From a virus (lineage: Duplodnaviria; Caudoviricetes): a DNA stretch of 29,040 bases. Below are positions 10,208 through 18,679 of the stretch, piece after piece. Both the position numbers and the translations under genes were made by a program. Within the stretch, counting starts at the first letter, position 1, and every line of letters starts with the position of its first letter. Where the stretch lies: the IMG/VR virus record IMGVR_UViG_3300030330_001215, positions 1 through 29,040 of that record. One strand, given 5' to 3'. Under the pieces are notes generated by a model. That model was not told the DNA's origin, did no database searches, and worked only from the letters and a program-made list of their open reading frames with translations.

Positions 10208-10558
10208 TTATTTATTATCTATTTGTTTTAATTTACTTATTGCCCAGTTTATACCGCTACTACCACCCCACGCATCCCACATTATACCGCCACACCCTTC
10301 ACTATATGGTACGTCTTTATTTTGTTGGTGTCTTTTAAAACTTGCCATTCTACTAATTGTATCACGGCTAATTGGTTTTCTATTTGCTAATTGGTTCGCC
10401 CTAGTCCAGCCAACACGTGTTCCGCAACTGCTACCGTTTTCTTCTTTGTATTTAATCGCCCTTTTTGCGTTGTTGCTTGCGCTTTCTGGGTAATCTGTAT
10501 AGCTTTCTAGTTTAATACTAATTGCTTCTAATTTTTCTAATAATTCATTATAGTCCAT
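10208..10558 (-). CDS. Conserved phage protein of unknown function (WDAWGG..G..WA domain)
   Basis: YTDYP, GTRVGWTRANQLA, RMASF.RH, WGG motifs. Confidence 0.6.
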   Translation of the reverse strand: MDYNELLEKLEAISIKLESYTDYPESASNNAKRAIKYKEENGSSCGTRVGWTRANQLANRKPISRDTISRMASFKRHQQNKDVPYSEGCGGIMWDAWGGSSGINWAISKLKQIDNK

Positions 10559-10616
10559 AAGTTATTTTTGGCGGTATTAATTGTATTGTTAATTTTCCTA
10601 TCTTAAATTTTATCAT
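10548..10616 (-). CDS. Possible 22-aa micro-protein MIKFKIGKLTIQLIPPKITYGL
   Basis: Hand-translated; ATGA overlap with the upstream stop and overlaps the downstream start. Confidence 0.4.
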   Translation of the reverse strand: MIKFKIGKLTIQLIPPKITYGL

Positions 10617-11104
10617 TCTCCTATTACTGTATTATCCATTGGCACTTCGCAAGATTGGAAGCTATTTTGCACGGTAACCCCTAAGTTAAAAACCCAGCCA
10701 GTAACACTTTGGTCAAACCGTTCTTTAAATGGTTCTAAGGTATAATCTCCTTCTGTAAAATATACTGGTGCGTTTATATCTAAACTTAACTGCGCTTGCC
10801 ATTTACTGTTGCTTAATATTGCAATAATATCAATACATATTTGCAGTACTTCACTGTAAACTTCTTGTTCGTTGCTTGCATCTGGTTCTACTATGTCCAT
10901 TATAAACACTTGAAAGTTATATACAAGTTCTGTTCTTCTTGTTTGTACATTAACTGGATTTAAGTGCATTAATGGGTATTTAGTATTCTTTTCTAAATCA
11001 ATATCAAATATATCGCCAACTGTTGTTGTGCTTATTTGAAAATGATTTGCACCTAAATTTTTCAGTGTATTTATTACGTTGTTGTATGTTTTATTATCTA
11101 CCAT
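10613..11104 (-). CDS. Putative tail terminator/completion protein
   Basis: 163 aa acidic; YPLMHL, EPFKERFDQSVTGW; lies in the tail block. Confidence 0.6.
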   Translation of the reverse strand: MVDNKTYNNVINTLKNLGANHFQISTTTVGDIFDIDLEKNTKYPLMHLNPVNVQTRRTELVYNFQVFIMDIVEPDASNEQEVYSEVLQICIDIIAILSNSKWQAQLSLDINAPVYFTEGDYTLEPFKERFDQSVTGWVFNLGVTVQNSFQSCEVPMDNTVIGE

Positions 11105-11348
11105 TTATATTTACTTTCTTTAAACTGTTTAAATCTGTTTCGTAACATAACCACGTAAACGCTTCCAATACATTTAATTTAGTTATCTTTTCTAATTTGC
11201 TAATATCACCGTTACAAAGCTGATACATCATACCGAAATAACCCCACTTGCTTGCGAAGTCTTCTGCTTCAACTGGCTCTGTATCTTCTGAATAACCTCT
11301 GTCAAATATGATACTGTAATCCTTGATAACACGCTTACGAAAGTCCAA
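11094..11348 (-). CDS. -1 frame extension of the tail assembly chaperone (gpT-like)
   Basis: No ATG; the ORF call begins exactly at the U9 run in the -1 frame of 11228..11869. Confidence 0.7.
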   Translation of the reverse strand: MDFRKRVIKDYSIIFDRGYSEDTEPVEAEDFASKWGYFGMMYQLCNGDISKLEKITKLNVLEAFTWLCYETDLNSLKKVNINGR

Positions 11349-11869
11349 AAAAAAACCAACGCTTGCTGCACTTGTTCAGCTTTCATTCTTTTAAACTTTT
11401 CTGCTCTAACGTTTATGTTGCCATCGTATGCTTCTATTATGTAGGCGTCTTTTCCTTTTTCTTTAACTGGCCTATATAATATTGCACATATTTCTGGCAA
11501 ATGTTTTTGTATATCTTTTTGTATAAACGTTTCAATATCTGCCCACTCACCTAACGTTAATTCTTCTAAATCTGGATGAAAGCCATAATCTTTACCTTCA
11601 ATTGTTATAATGTTTTTAAATTTAGTTGCACTTGTATTTTCAACATCTTTTATTTTTTGCATTATAATACTCACATCAGCTATACTTAATTGTCTAACAA
11701 GTTTTTTTGGCATTGTTGATAATAGCGCAATACTTTCTATTGCTTCTTGTGTTGGTGTTAAACCTTGTAAATCTATAAGTTTCAACCACTTATCTAACGT
11801 AACATCTTTCCAACTGTTTATTAGCGTATAACTTTTTTTCTTACCGTCTTTATTAACGTTAATTTTCAT
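11228..11869 (-). CDS. Putative tail assembly chaperone (gpG-like)
   Basis: 213 aa; W.DVTL, YGFHPDLEELTLGEWADIE, AILYRP; slippery site at ALVFF. Confidence 0.6.
   Translation of the reverse strand: MKINVNKDGKKKSYTLINSWKDVTLDKWLKLIDLQGLTPTQEAIESIALLSTMPKKLVRQLSIADVSIIMQKIKDVENTSATKFKNIITIEGKDYGFHPDLEELTLGEWADIETFIQKDIQKHLPEICAILYRPVKEKGKDAYIIEAYDGNINVRAEKFKRMKAEQVQQALVFFWTFVSVLSRITVSYLTEVIQKIQSQLKQKTSQASGVISV
11347..11355 (-). other. Programmed -1 frameshift slippery site (U UUU UUU)
   Basis: Nine A on the plus strand; in-frame codons GTT TTT TTT TGG; the -1 frame is open for 84 codons. Confidence 0.75.
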
Positions 11870-11871
11870 AA

Positions 11872-11900
11872 TATATAATAGAAATAATTAATATTTAGTT
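11872..11900 (-). promoter_or_regulatory. Bipartite putative late promoter, copy 3 (tail block)
   Basis: AACTAAAT-N10-TCTATTATATA, 2 nt before the ATG at 11869. Confidence 0.75.
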
Positions 11901-13210
11901 TACTGCACAAAATAGCGGCCATAATTACTGTCAATTTCATAATACATACGCATTGCCAAAGCGTCTGCATAATCTGGTGAACGGCCTATAATTGCTTTCA
12001 CTGTGTCTTTACTTATTATTTGCAGCTTGTTGTCTTTGTCAGCGTCTTTTGTTCTTACTTGTTCTAGTTCCTCTGTTATTTCGTTTTTTATATTTATATC
12101 ATTGCAACTTATACCCACTTGCCCTTTATTTATTAAATCTGCTAGTTTATAATAACACTGCGTTTTTAAGTTCTGGTAATTTTCATTCTTTAATGGTTTG
12201 CTATTATTTACAAAACCTTGACAACGTAAATAATCTTTAGCACCACCACCTACACCATCTTCATCAATTATAATGTTACGCAATGGCACTTGGTTGTTTT
12301 GTTGTATTGTTTTTATTTCCTCTACAACATCATTTATAGCACTTTTAAGCAACGTTCTAATATTTTTAAGGTGTAACCCTTCCCAATACATTATAACTGT
12401 CTTATCGCTTCCAAAACGTGCAATATCGCAACTTATATATTTATCACCTTTTGTGCCTTGCCTTTCAAAGCTACTTAGTATTGCATCGTAATCTATTAAG
12501 TTATCTTTTGTTGCATCGTATTCCCAGTTGCCAAACAATAAACGTTGTTTGCTTAACTCATCTAATGTTAGTAATTGTTTTTTATAATATTTACTTATAT
12601 ATTGGTTATCGTCAACTAAGCTTTGTATAAACTTTCTATGTGGCTTTTGTTGGTTTTCTTTTGCTGGTTTGTAATATTGGTTGTACACCCAGTTTTTAGA
12701 AGGGTTGCAAGTTAATAGCAATTTTGGTATTAAGTTGTTTTCATCTAATTTATAACGCAACCTTGATGCTACAATGTTTTTTGCTTTTTCTGTTATTTGG
12801 TTTGCTTCGTCTATAAATGCGCCAGTAATTTCCAAACTACCTAAGCTATCGAAGTTTCTGTCACTTGGGTATAAAAACAAATCTTTTAATATTATTTCTG
12901 CACCGTTTATAAATGTTATTATATTACTAGAACCATTGAAATTATAGTGTTTGTTTGCTTCTAAACCGTATGTACTACATACTTCAAAAAATGTATTTAA
13001 TGTTGTTTTTTTTAATGCGTCTAGTTTACTTCTTCCCATTAAATAACGTGTGTTTGGGTATTTCATACAAAGCAATGTTAACCAGCTACACCCTACCCAC
13101 GATTTACCACCACCAGCTGCACCGCCAAATAAAACTTCTGTTGTTTGTTTGTCAAACAAATATTGAATCGCTAAACTTTGTGTTTCTGTAAATTTTGGTT
13201 CAATAGTCAA
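11900..13210 (-). CDS. terL: Terminase large subunit
   Basis: Walker A GGAAGGGKS, Walker B AFIDEA, coupling motif TCNP, nuclease DIARFGSD and SPDYADAL. Confidence 0.95.
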   Translation of the reverse strand: MTIEPKFTETQSLAIQYLFDKQTTEVLFGGAAGGGKSWVGCSWLTLLCMKYPNTRYLMGRSKLDALKKTTLNTFFEVCSTYGLEANKHYNFNGSSNIITFINGAEIILKDLFLYPSDRNFDSLGSLEITGAFIDEANQITEKAKNIVASRLRYKLDENNLIPKLLLTCNPSKNWVYNQYYKPAKENQQKPHRKFIQSLVDDNQYISKYYKKQLLTLDELSKQRLLFGNWEYDATKDNLIDYDAILSSFERQGTKGDKYISCDIARFGSDKTVIMYWEGLHLKNIRTLLKSAINDVVEEIKTIQQNNQVPLRNIIIDEDGVGGGAKDYLRCQGFVNNSKPLKNENYQNLKTQCYYKLADLINKGQVGISCNDINIKNEITEELEQVRTKDADKDNKLQIISKDTVKAIIGRSPDYADALAMRMYYEIDSNYGRYFVQ

Positions 13211-13553
13211 CGCCTTTTATATTTACGTTAACTTTAAAAGGGTTTTCGCCAGTGTTTAAATCTAACTCTGATTTTTCTATATAGCCACGTTTTTTGCCTT
13301 TTGTTTTTAAATAGAATATTGTTGCTGGTGTGCTACCTTCTTTTATTTGTGCGTGTAATTGGCTTTCTGCAAAATCTAGTGCAATGTTTTCTATTTCTTT
13401 AACTGCTTGCGCAAATTCTTTATCTTCTTTTAACCATTTGTAATATGTGCTGCGTGGCGTATCAGTTTGTTTACAAGCTACCGTTACAACACCTAAACTG
13501 TTCTCTAAAGCTTTTAATATAGCTTCTTTTTTTATGTGTCTACTTTTGTCCAT
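13200..13553 (-). CDS. terS: Terminase small subunit
   Basis: HTH (VACKQTDTPRSTYYKWL), ATIFYLKTKGKKRGY, directly upstream of terL. Confidence 0.85.
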   Translation of the reverse strand: MDKSRHIKKEAILKALENSLGVVTVACKQTDTPRSTYYKWLKEDKEFAQAVKEIENIALDFAESQLHAQIKEGSTPATIFYLKTKGKKRGYIEKSELDLNTGENPFKVNVNIKGVDY

Positions 13554-14373
13554 TTGTTCTAGGGTCTATGTTATCTTTTCTTTTTAACGCCCTTTCCCTT
13601 TTTTTAAGGTTAAGGCGTGTAACTTCTTGTTTATAAGGGTAGCAGTGTTCTAACTGGGCTAGGGTATAATAAACTATGCTTGCTCTATAAAAATCTTTTT
13701 TATACGGTTTTATAGGCATCACACCGTGTATTTCTTTTTGCCCACTAAATATACATAATGCGCCATCACTTTGCTTTAAAGCTATTCTATAATCTGGCAA
13801 TACTAACTCACCACCAGTGCAATGTTCTTTAAGTATTAAAACATTACTAAAGCTTTCTTTTATATTACCACTATCTTTATGATATTTTATTGCGTGGTTT
13901 ACATTGATGTTTGCAGTAGTATATGGTGTATCAATTAACCTATAATCATCATTCACGCTTTCTCTTGCTTTATTTAAATCATATTCGTAAAGTTCTGGTA
14001 AGTGTTTTTGGTATATACTGCACAATGTTTTTTGAAATGTAAAAAGTTTGTTAGTGTTTTGTTTTTCTTCACTGGTTTTATTGCTAAACCTACAAAAGTC
14101 ATTTCTGAGTGCTACCCTTGGCAATGCTCCAAAAACACTACTTTTAGTAGGCAAAGTATTCGCCCTATAAGTTTCGACATATTTAGTATCTTTTACTGCT
14201 TCCCTTACATAAGTCAAAAGTTCTTTTGCTACATTTACATATATACCTATGCAAATATCATCTAAGTAAAAAGCAGTGTCATCACTTATTACTATATCAT
14301 AATGTTCTTTAAGTGGTGTAGTTTTTAAAAGTTTTGTACTATCTTGGTACTTTGTTAAATTATACCTTTTCAT
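13540..14373 (-). CDS. TET/JBP-family 2OG-Fe(II) dioxygenase (nucleobase oxidase)
   Basis: FG..PR, HxD (YHKDSGN), GGELVLPDY, distal H (IHGVMPI), RxS (YRASIVYY). Confidence 0.85.
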   Translation of the reverse strand: MKRYNLTKYQDSTKLLKTTPLKEHYDIVISDDTAFYLDDICIGIYVNVAKELLTYVREAVKDTKYVETYRANTLPTKSSVFGALPRVALRNDFCRFSNKTSEEKQNTNKLFTFQKTLCSIYQKHLPELYEYDLNKARESVNDDYRLIDTPYTTANINVNHAIKYHKDSGNIKESFSNVLILKEHCTGGELVLPDYRIALKQSDGALCIFSGQKEIHGVMPIKPYKKDFYRASIVYYTLAQLEHCYPYKQEVTRLNLKKRERALKRKDNIDPRTNGQK

Positions 14374-14932
14374 TTTCTATAATTTTATATATTAAAGCCC
14401 TATAATCTTGGCACTTATACCTATTTAAAAGTATTTCTAATTTTTCTACTACATTGCTAAATTCCTCTGTTTCAAATGGTATGGTAATATTCTTAATTTT
14501 AGCGTCTAAAAACCTACCTAGCTTCTCATCTAAACTATTGATGCTATAATCTTTTTCATTACTTACGCTTTCTTCTGGTTGCCATATATCCATTCCCCAT
14601 TCTCCTAACTTAACATTATCCCATTCATTGCCTAGCATATCCCATTCCCATTCTCCAAAACCTACATTATCTTTTATTATAAATTCTTGCTTTTGTTCTT
14701 CTGTTAATCCTTTTGCAATTTTAACTGGTATTTCTGTTAATCCAGCTTCAACACAAGCTTTGTAGCGCATATTACCACCAAGTATAATATTGTTTTCATC
14801 AATAACAATTGGCCTCAAATCTAACATTTGCGGAAAGTCTTTTATTGATTTAACAAGTTTTTTAAATTTAGCTTCCTTTATTATTCTAGGGTTGCTTTCA
14901 TTTGGTTGTAATTGGTTTATTTTCAGTTTCAT
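14360..14932 (-). CDS. ParB/Srx-like N-terminal domain protein
   Basis: NPR, LVKSIKDF, RPIVIDE, ILGGNMRYKA, IKDN...GEW motifs. Confidence 0.85.
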   Translation of the reverse strand: MKLKINQLQPNESNPRIIKEAKFKKLVKSIKDFPQMLDLRPIVIDENNIILGGNMRYKACVEAGLTEIPVKIAKGLTEEQKQEFIIKDNVGFGEWEWDMLGNEWDNVKLGEWGMDIWQPEESVSNEKDYSINSLDEKLGRFLDAKIKNITIPFETEEFSNVVEKLEILLNRYKCQDYRALIYKIIENEKV

Positions 14933-14934
14933 AA

Positions 14935-14963
14935 TATATAATAGATATTTAGTTAATTTATTT
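14935..14963 (-). promoter_or_regulatory. Bipartite putative late promoter, copy 4 (ParB-TET-terminase block)
   Basis: AAATAAAT-N10-TCTATTATATA, 2 nt before the ATG at 14932. Confidence 0.75.
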
Positions 14964-15218
14964 AAAGCTTTCGTTTATACCCCTTTTGCCTATTAGTTTT
15001 TCTTTTGCACTATCCCATAGCATATCACGTTTTTTGCTTAATGTAGGTTCTGTTCTGATTAAGCTAGGAAAACCATTAAAATCACTTTCTATTTCTTTCA
15101 TATATTTATTGCAACTGCATATAGCTTCTGCAGTAACTATTTTTCCTTCTATAATTTTTATAGTTGCTTTAGCTAATTGTTTAGTTTCTTTTTTACAAGG
15201 ACAAATGTATTCTAACAT
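14958..15218 (-). CDS. Small zinc-ribbon-like protein
   Basis: YICPC...ICSCNKYM cysteine pairs. Confidence 0.5.
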   Translation of the reverse strand: MLEYICPCKKETKQLAKATIKIIEGKIVTAEAICSCNKYMKEIESDFNGFPSLIRTEPTLSKKRDMLWDSAKEKLIGKRGINESFK

Positions 15219-15433
15219 AATCTATCTAGTTCAAATTTTAAATGGTTTATTGCTTTTTGTATATCTTGTTTTAGTGGGTTGCCGCTTTTTTTACCAGCCC
15301 TTAGCAGATAAGTTATTGCAGTACCAATATTATAATTATCTGCTTGAAAATCTTCTATAACCTTACGTGCTTCGTACTTGTATGTTTTGCCAATATAGTA
15401 ACTAGGTATCTTTGTTTTTTGTTTCATAATCAT
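15212..15433 (-). CDS. DUF3310-family protein (related to T7 gp1.7 nucleotide kinase)
   Basis: PSYY, E...VIE, GTAITYLLRAGKK, QDIQKA pattern. Confidence 0.8.
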   Translation of the reverse strand: MIMKQKTKIPSYYIGKTYKYEARKVIEDFQADNYNIGTAITYLLRAGKKSGNPLKQDIQKAINHLKFELDRLC

Positions 15434-15548
15434 TCAAATTTTTGTTAAACTGTTTAACTTCGTTTTTATCTATTCTGTATTGTATAAAAGCAACAAGACA
15501 AAACCATAATAACCAAACTAAAAAAATAATTTTTAAAATAAAACACAT
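15402..15548 (-). CDS. 48-aa single-TM hypothetical protein (not in ORF track)
   Basis: Hand-translated MCFILKIIFLVWLLWFCLVAFIQYRIDKNEVKQFNKNLNDYETKNKDT; fills the gap. Confidence 0.55.
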   Translation of the reverse strand: MCFILKIIFLVWLLWFCLVAFIQYRIDKNEVKQFNKNLNDYETKNKDT

Positions 15549-15562
15549 AATTCATTGTTTAA

Positions 15563-15629
15563 GTAGGCGAGCAACATACCACAAAAGAGAAAGAACAAGG
15601 AAAAAAAAATTGATATGTCACTCACCATA
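15563..15629 (-). ncRNA. Candidate structured RNA: 16-bp stem with 29-nt pyrimidine-rich loop
   Basis: GGUGAGUGACAUAUCA pairs with UGGUAUGUUGCUCGCC; 4 G.U pairs that form only on the minus strand. Confidence 0.55.
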
Positions 15630-16019
15630 CTTATTATATATATCTTTAATACCGTTTAAACAACTACTCAAACAACTGCTACAATTTGTTCCCTTATCAT
15701 AATTAGTATTGTATATTGTATTATACAAATCTATCATTCTTTTTTTAACTTCTATATTTTTTGCCCTTCCATTTTTTATATCTGGATAAATATCTATTGC
15801 AGCTTGTATTAATTCTTCTGGTATATTATCTGGTGCTTGCACGGTTGTTGTTTTTGTCCAGTATTTTTCTGGACACGATAATTGTGATAAACGTGCCTTG
15901 ACTTTCATAAAACACAAACACCGTTTGCACTGTCCAGTTGGCTTGAAATAATATATACAACTTTTACATATATCTAAACGTTCATTATATATTTTATCTG
16001 TTGTAAAAAACCTATTCAT
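15618..16019 (-). CDS. Cys-rich hypothetical protein
   Basis: RLDICKSC, QCKRCLCFM..K, CP..YW and C-terminal CSSC. Confidence 0.65.
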   Translation of the reverse strand: MNRFFTTDKIYNERLDICKSCIYYFKPTGQCKRCLCFMKVKARLSQLSCPEKYWTKTTTVQAPDNIPEELIQAAIDIYPDIKNGRAKNIEVKKRMIDLYNTIYNTNYDKGTNCSSCLSSCLNGIKDIYNKYGE

Positions 16020-16051
16020 TTTAACTTGGATATATTACTACTAAACCGTTT

Positions 16052-16600
16052 TTATTCATTTACCAATTCTTTTTTTAAAATTGTTCTTACTTTGTCTATT
16101 GTTGTAAACAAACTGTTTCTGCTTATCTTTGTTTCTTTTGCCAAGCTGCTTAGTGTATGTCCTTCGTAATAATATAGTTCAAATATTTTTTTATCGTACC
16201 AGTGCAACTTATTTAATTGTTCATCTATTTTATCTAATTTTTCATTATTGTAATTATATTCTATTTCTTCTGGTATGTTGTAAATGCTTTTTTTATGTCC
16301 TTTGTGTGTAATATCAGTATTATAATCGTATATGTGCGTGTAATATTTTTTGTACTTATAATAATAACCACTGCGTGTACTTGTAAGCATACGTCTTAAC
16401 GCTACTGCACCATAATTTAAAATACCTTTTTTACCATCTTTTTCATATATGTTTTTTAGTGTATCTGGGTTCATTTGTAAAAAATACAACATTAATTCTT
16501 GTATTGCGTTGTCAATTTCGTTTTCATCATTACATAAACCGAAAGCCATTTTTTTAAATGTTGCTGCTAACTCTGATACTATTTCGTAAATATTATTCAC
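16052..16600 (-). CDS. Phage sigma-70/ECF-like sigma factor (putative late activator)
   Basis: Region-2-like AFGLC.DENEIDNAIQE and region-4 HTH LHWYDKKIFELYY..G.TLSSLAKETKISRNSL. Confidence 0.75.
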   Translation of the reverse strand: MNNIYEIVSELAATFKKMAFGLCNDENEIDNAIQELMLYFLQMNPDTLKNIYEKDGKKGILNYGAVALRRMLTSTRSGYYYKYKKYYTHIYDYNTDITHKGHKKSIYNIPEEIEYNYNNEKLDKIDEQLNKLHWYDKKIFELYYYEGHTLSSLAKETKISRNSLFTTIDKVRTILKKELVNE

Positions 16601-16946
16601 TTAATGGTTCTAGTTTTTCTAATTTATTTACGGTGTCGTGCAACATTTCATTGAGCAAAACCTTGTACGATTTAATTAAAGTTTGGTTGCGTTTGGTTTC
16701 TATTGCAGCTAAAAAACCTTGCGTCATAACTGATAAATTAATTGGCAATATCATTAACCAATCCCAATAGTTGTTTTCTTTTGCGCCTTTGCCGTAGTTG
16801 TTATGATATTCCAGTATAACGTTATATACTTCGTTGTAGTTTTCCCACCTTTTTTTGTTTGCAACATCACTAACAAAATCTCTAAGCATTGTAGTAAACT
16901 GTTCTATAATTACTTGGTGTTCTTTATTTGCATATATTGTTTTCAC
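16593..16946 (-). CDS. Hypothetical protein
   Basis: 117 aa, GTG start, overlaps the sigma gene start. Confidence 0.6.
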   Translation of the reverse strand: MKTIYANKEHQVIIEQFTTMLRDFVSDVANKKRWENYNEVYNVILEYHNNYGKGAKENNYWDWLMILPINLSVMTQGFLAAIETKRNQTLIKSYKVLLNEMLHDTVNKLEKLEPLSE

Positions 16947-16953
16947 AATACGC

Positions 16954-16961
16954 CAAATATA
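16954..16961 (-). promoter_or_regulatory. Bacteroidota-type -7 element TATATTTG
   Basis: Matches TAnnTTTG in the short intergenic gap upstream of 16946 and the sigma gene. Confidence 0.5.
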
Positions 16962-16970
16962 AGAAAAAAA

Positions 16971-17384
16971 TTATTGTACTCCTTTTTCTTTTTTTAAGTT
17001 ATTAACAAGTGTTTTATAATAACGTATATTTTCTTCATATTCACCTCTAGTAATTTTTACAGTTGTTTGCGCTAACATTTGTAATTCGTTTGATGTGCCT
17101 TCACCATACTTTGCATTAAGGTTTAGTCCAAATTTCCATTGTGCTCCTTGTTCATACATATTACATTTTACGCACTGCACTTGACAGTTCCATTCGTTCC
17201 AGCGTGTTGCGTGATGCCTGCGGCTTTGAAAGTGACCGCACTGCAACTTCTTATAGTTATCTACCTTGCCGCAAGTAAAACACTGATTAAGGCCACCATA
17301 TTGTGCGTGACGTAAACGAATATATAAACTAAACCACTTGTCTAGTTCTTTTTTTAGTTTACTGATAGTTTTAGTAGGTGTCAT
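16971..17384 (-). CDS. ninG: NinG/Rap-like recombination endonuclease
   Basis: LDKWFSLYIRLR, CFTCG, QCGHF.SR, TRW...NCQVQCVKCN; likely start is the ATG at 17384. Confidence 0.88.
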   Translation of the reverse strand: MTPTKTISKLKKELDKWFSLYIRLRHAQYGGLNQCFTCGKVDNYKKLQCGHFQSRRHHATRWNEWNCQVQCVKCNMYEQGAQWKFGLNLNAKYGEGTSNELQMLAQTTVKITRGEYEENIRYYKTLVNNLKKEKGVQ

Positions 17385-17697
17385 AACCCCCAATAGTATA
17401 TTGTCTATTTGTTGACTTTGGTAACTCACAACTTAATTTAATATTGTAAGTTTTAGGCGGTGTATATACATACTTAGATATTGTTGTAGTTTTGCCAAAC
17501 CTTGTTCGTTTTTTAAGTGGCAAGCTATTTATTTCATATCCGTTTTTTCTATGATTAAATATTATAGCAGACAATCTAGTTGCGCCATACTCTTTAATTG
17601 CTTCATAACTTGTAATACTACCATAAGTTTTTAAGTGCCATAATACTGCATCTGATTGTGATTTAACTTCTTGTTCTGTAATTTTTATTGCTTTCAT
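17371..17697 (-). CDS. Helix-turn-helix protein (HTH_39-like)
   Basis: SQ...VL.HL...GSIT..EA...YG.TRLSA.I...R..GY.I. Confidence 0.8.
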   Translation of the reverse strand: MKAIKITEQEVKSQSDAVLWHLKTYGSITSYEAIKEYGATRLSAIIFNHRKNGYEINSLPLKKRTRFGKTTTISKYVYTPPKTYNIKLSCELPKSTNRQYTIGGYDTY

Positions 17698-18062
17698 TTT
17701 AATAATTTTATTGGTTTCTGATAATATGGTACTGCTTCTGCTGGTTTGTTAAGTGTATGCACTTGGTAATAAGCTTCATCAATTGTTTTTTTGTGCATTA
17801 TTATCCATTTATAAAATGTTCTTATGTTTAAAAATGGTTCATCTTTACCATACCTAACGCCTAATCTAAAAGCAGTTTGTATTTGATGTATATATAAATT
17901 TTTAAATCTGTTTTCTATTTGTAAATCATTTGCAAATATTTTTGCAAGTGTTACCATTGTTTTTGCGTCTGCTCTGTGGCCTATTTCTACCGCAGTAAGA
18001 TTTACTAAATCATATATTTTGTTGCTTAGTTCTTTTATATTATAATCTTTTATTTGTTTCAT
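17694..18062 (-). CDS. Hypothetical replication-associated protein (possible helicase loader)
   Basis: ATGA-coupled directly after the initiator; helical; function inferred from position only. Confidence 0.4.
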   Translation of the reverse strand: MKQIKDYNIKELSNKIYDLVNLTAVEIGHRADAKTMVTLAKIFANDLQIENRFKNLYIHQIQTAFRLGVRYGKDEPFLNIRTFYKWIIMHKKTIDEAYYQVHTLNKPAEAVPYYQKPIKLLK

Positions 18063-18679
18063 AACATTGCTTTTCCTTTTAAATATTCATCTAGTTGGCT
18101 ATCTATTTTACTTGTTTTTGTAGGTTGTTTTTTATTTCTTCTTTCCCAAGTTCTAACCGCAGCTTTCCAATCCTTCATCTTATTTTTACCAATCATCCAA
18201 TTTTTACTTTCATAAAAATCAATAAAAGCGTTAGCGTCTATATTATTTTCTCTTTCTGCACAATATAAATCTATTTCAACAAAAGTTGGCTTCTTAAAGT
18301 ATTTATTATTTGTTTTTATTACTTTATTATTATTAATAGTTGTTAAATTTTTTAATAACTGGTTGTTAAGTAATTTAATAACTTGTTCTTCATTTATTTT
18401 AAAATATCTTTTTGCTGGCACACCTTTGCGCCTAGTTTCTATTATTTGCCACTTTTTAAGCGTTTTAAGAGCCTTACGTTGTTGATGTGGTGTTAGTGTA
18501 GTGTCTTGTTCTATATTTGCTTCTGTGTTAAAAAACCAACCGTCTATCATTCCGTTTTGTATAAAGTATTCTTCTTTGCTTATTAAATCAGCTAATAACA
18601 CGGCTGCTTTTAAACCAAGTTGTTTACTAACACTTTTATTTAAAATTAAAAATGCAGTAGATGATAACAAGTGTTTCAT
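18059..18679 (-). CDS. Replication initiator / replisome organiser
   Basis: N-terminal winged helix (WFFNT...IEQDTTLT..QQR.A.K.L), C-terminal FKKPT..EI, FIDFYES.NW.IGKNKMKDWKAAVRTW. Confidence 0.75.
   Translation of the reverse strand: MKHLLSSTAFLILNKSVSKQLGLKAAVLLADLISKEEYFIQNGMIDGWFFNTEANIEQDTTLTPHQQRKALKTLKKWQIIETRRKGVPAKRYFKINEEQVIKLLNNQLLKNLTTINNNKVIKTNNKYFKKPTFVEIDLYCAERENNIDANAFIDFYESKNWMIGKNKMKDWKAAVRTWERRNKKQPTKTSKIDSQLDEYLKGKAML

Noticed and set aside
15533-15628. 31-aa hydrophobic ORF MVSDISIFFSLFFLFCGMLLAYLNNELCVLF
   Set aside because: Hydrophobicity is explained by the U-rich loop of the hairpin; not excluded but unsupported
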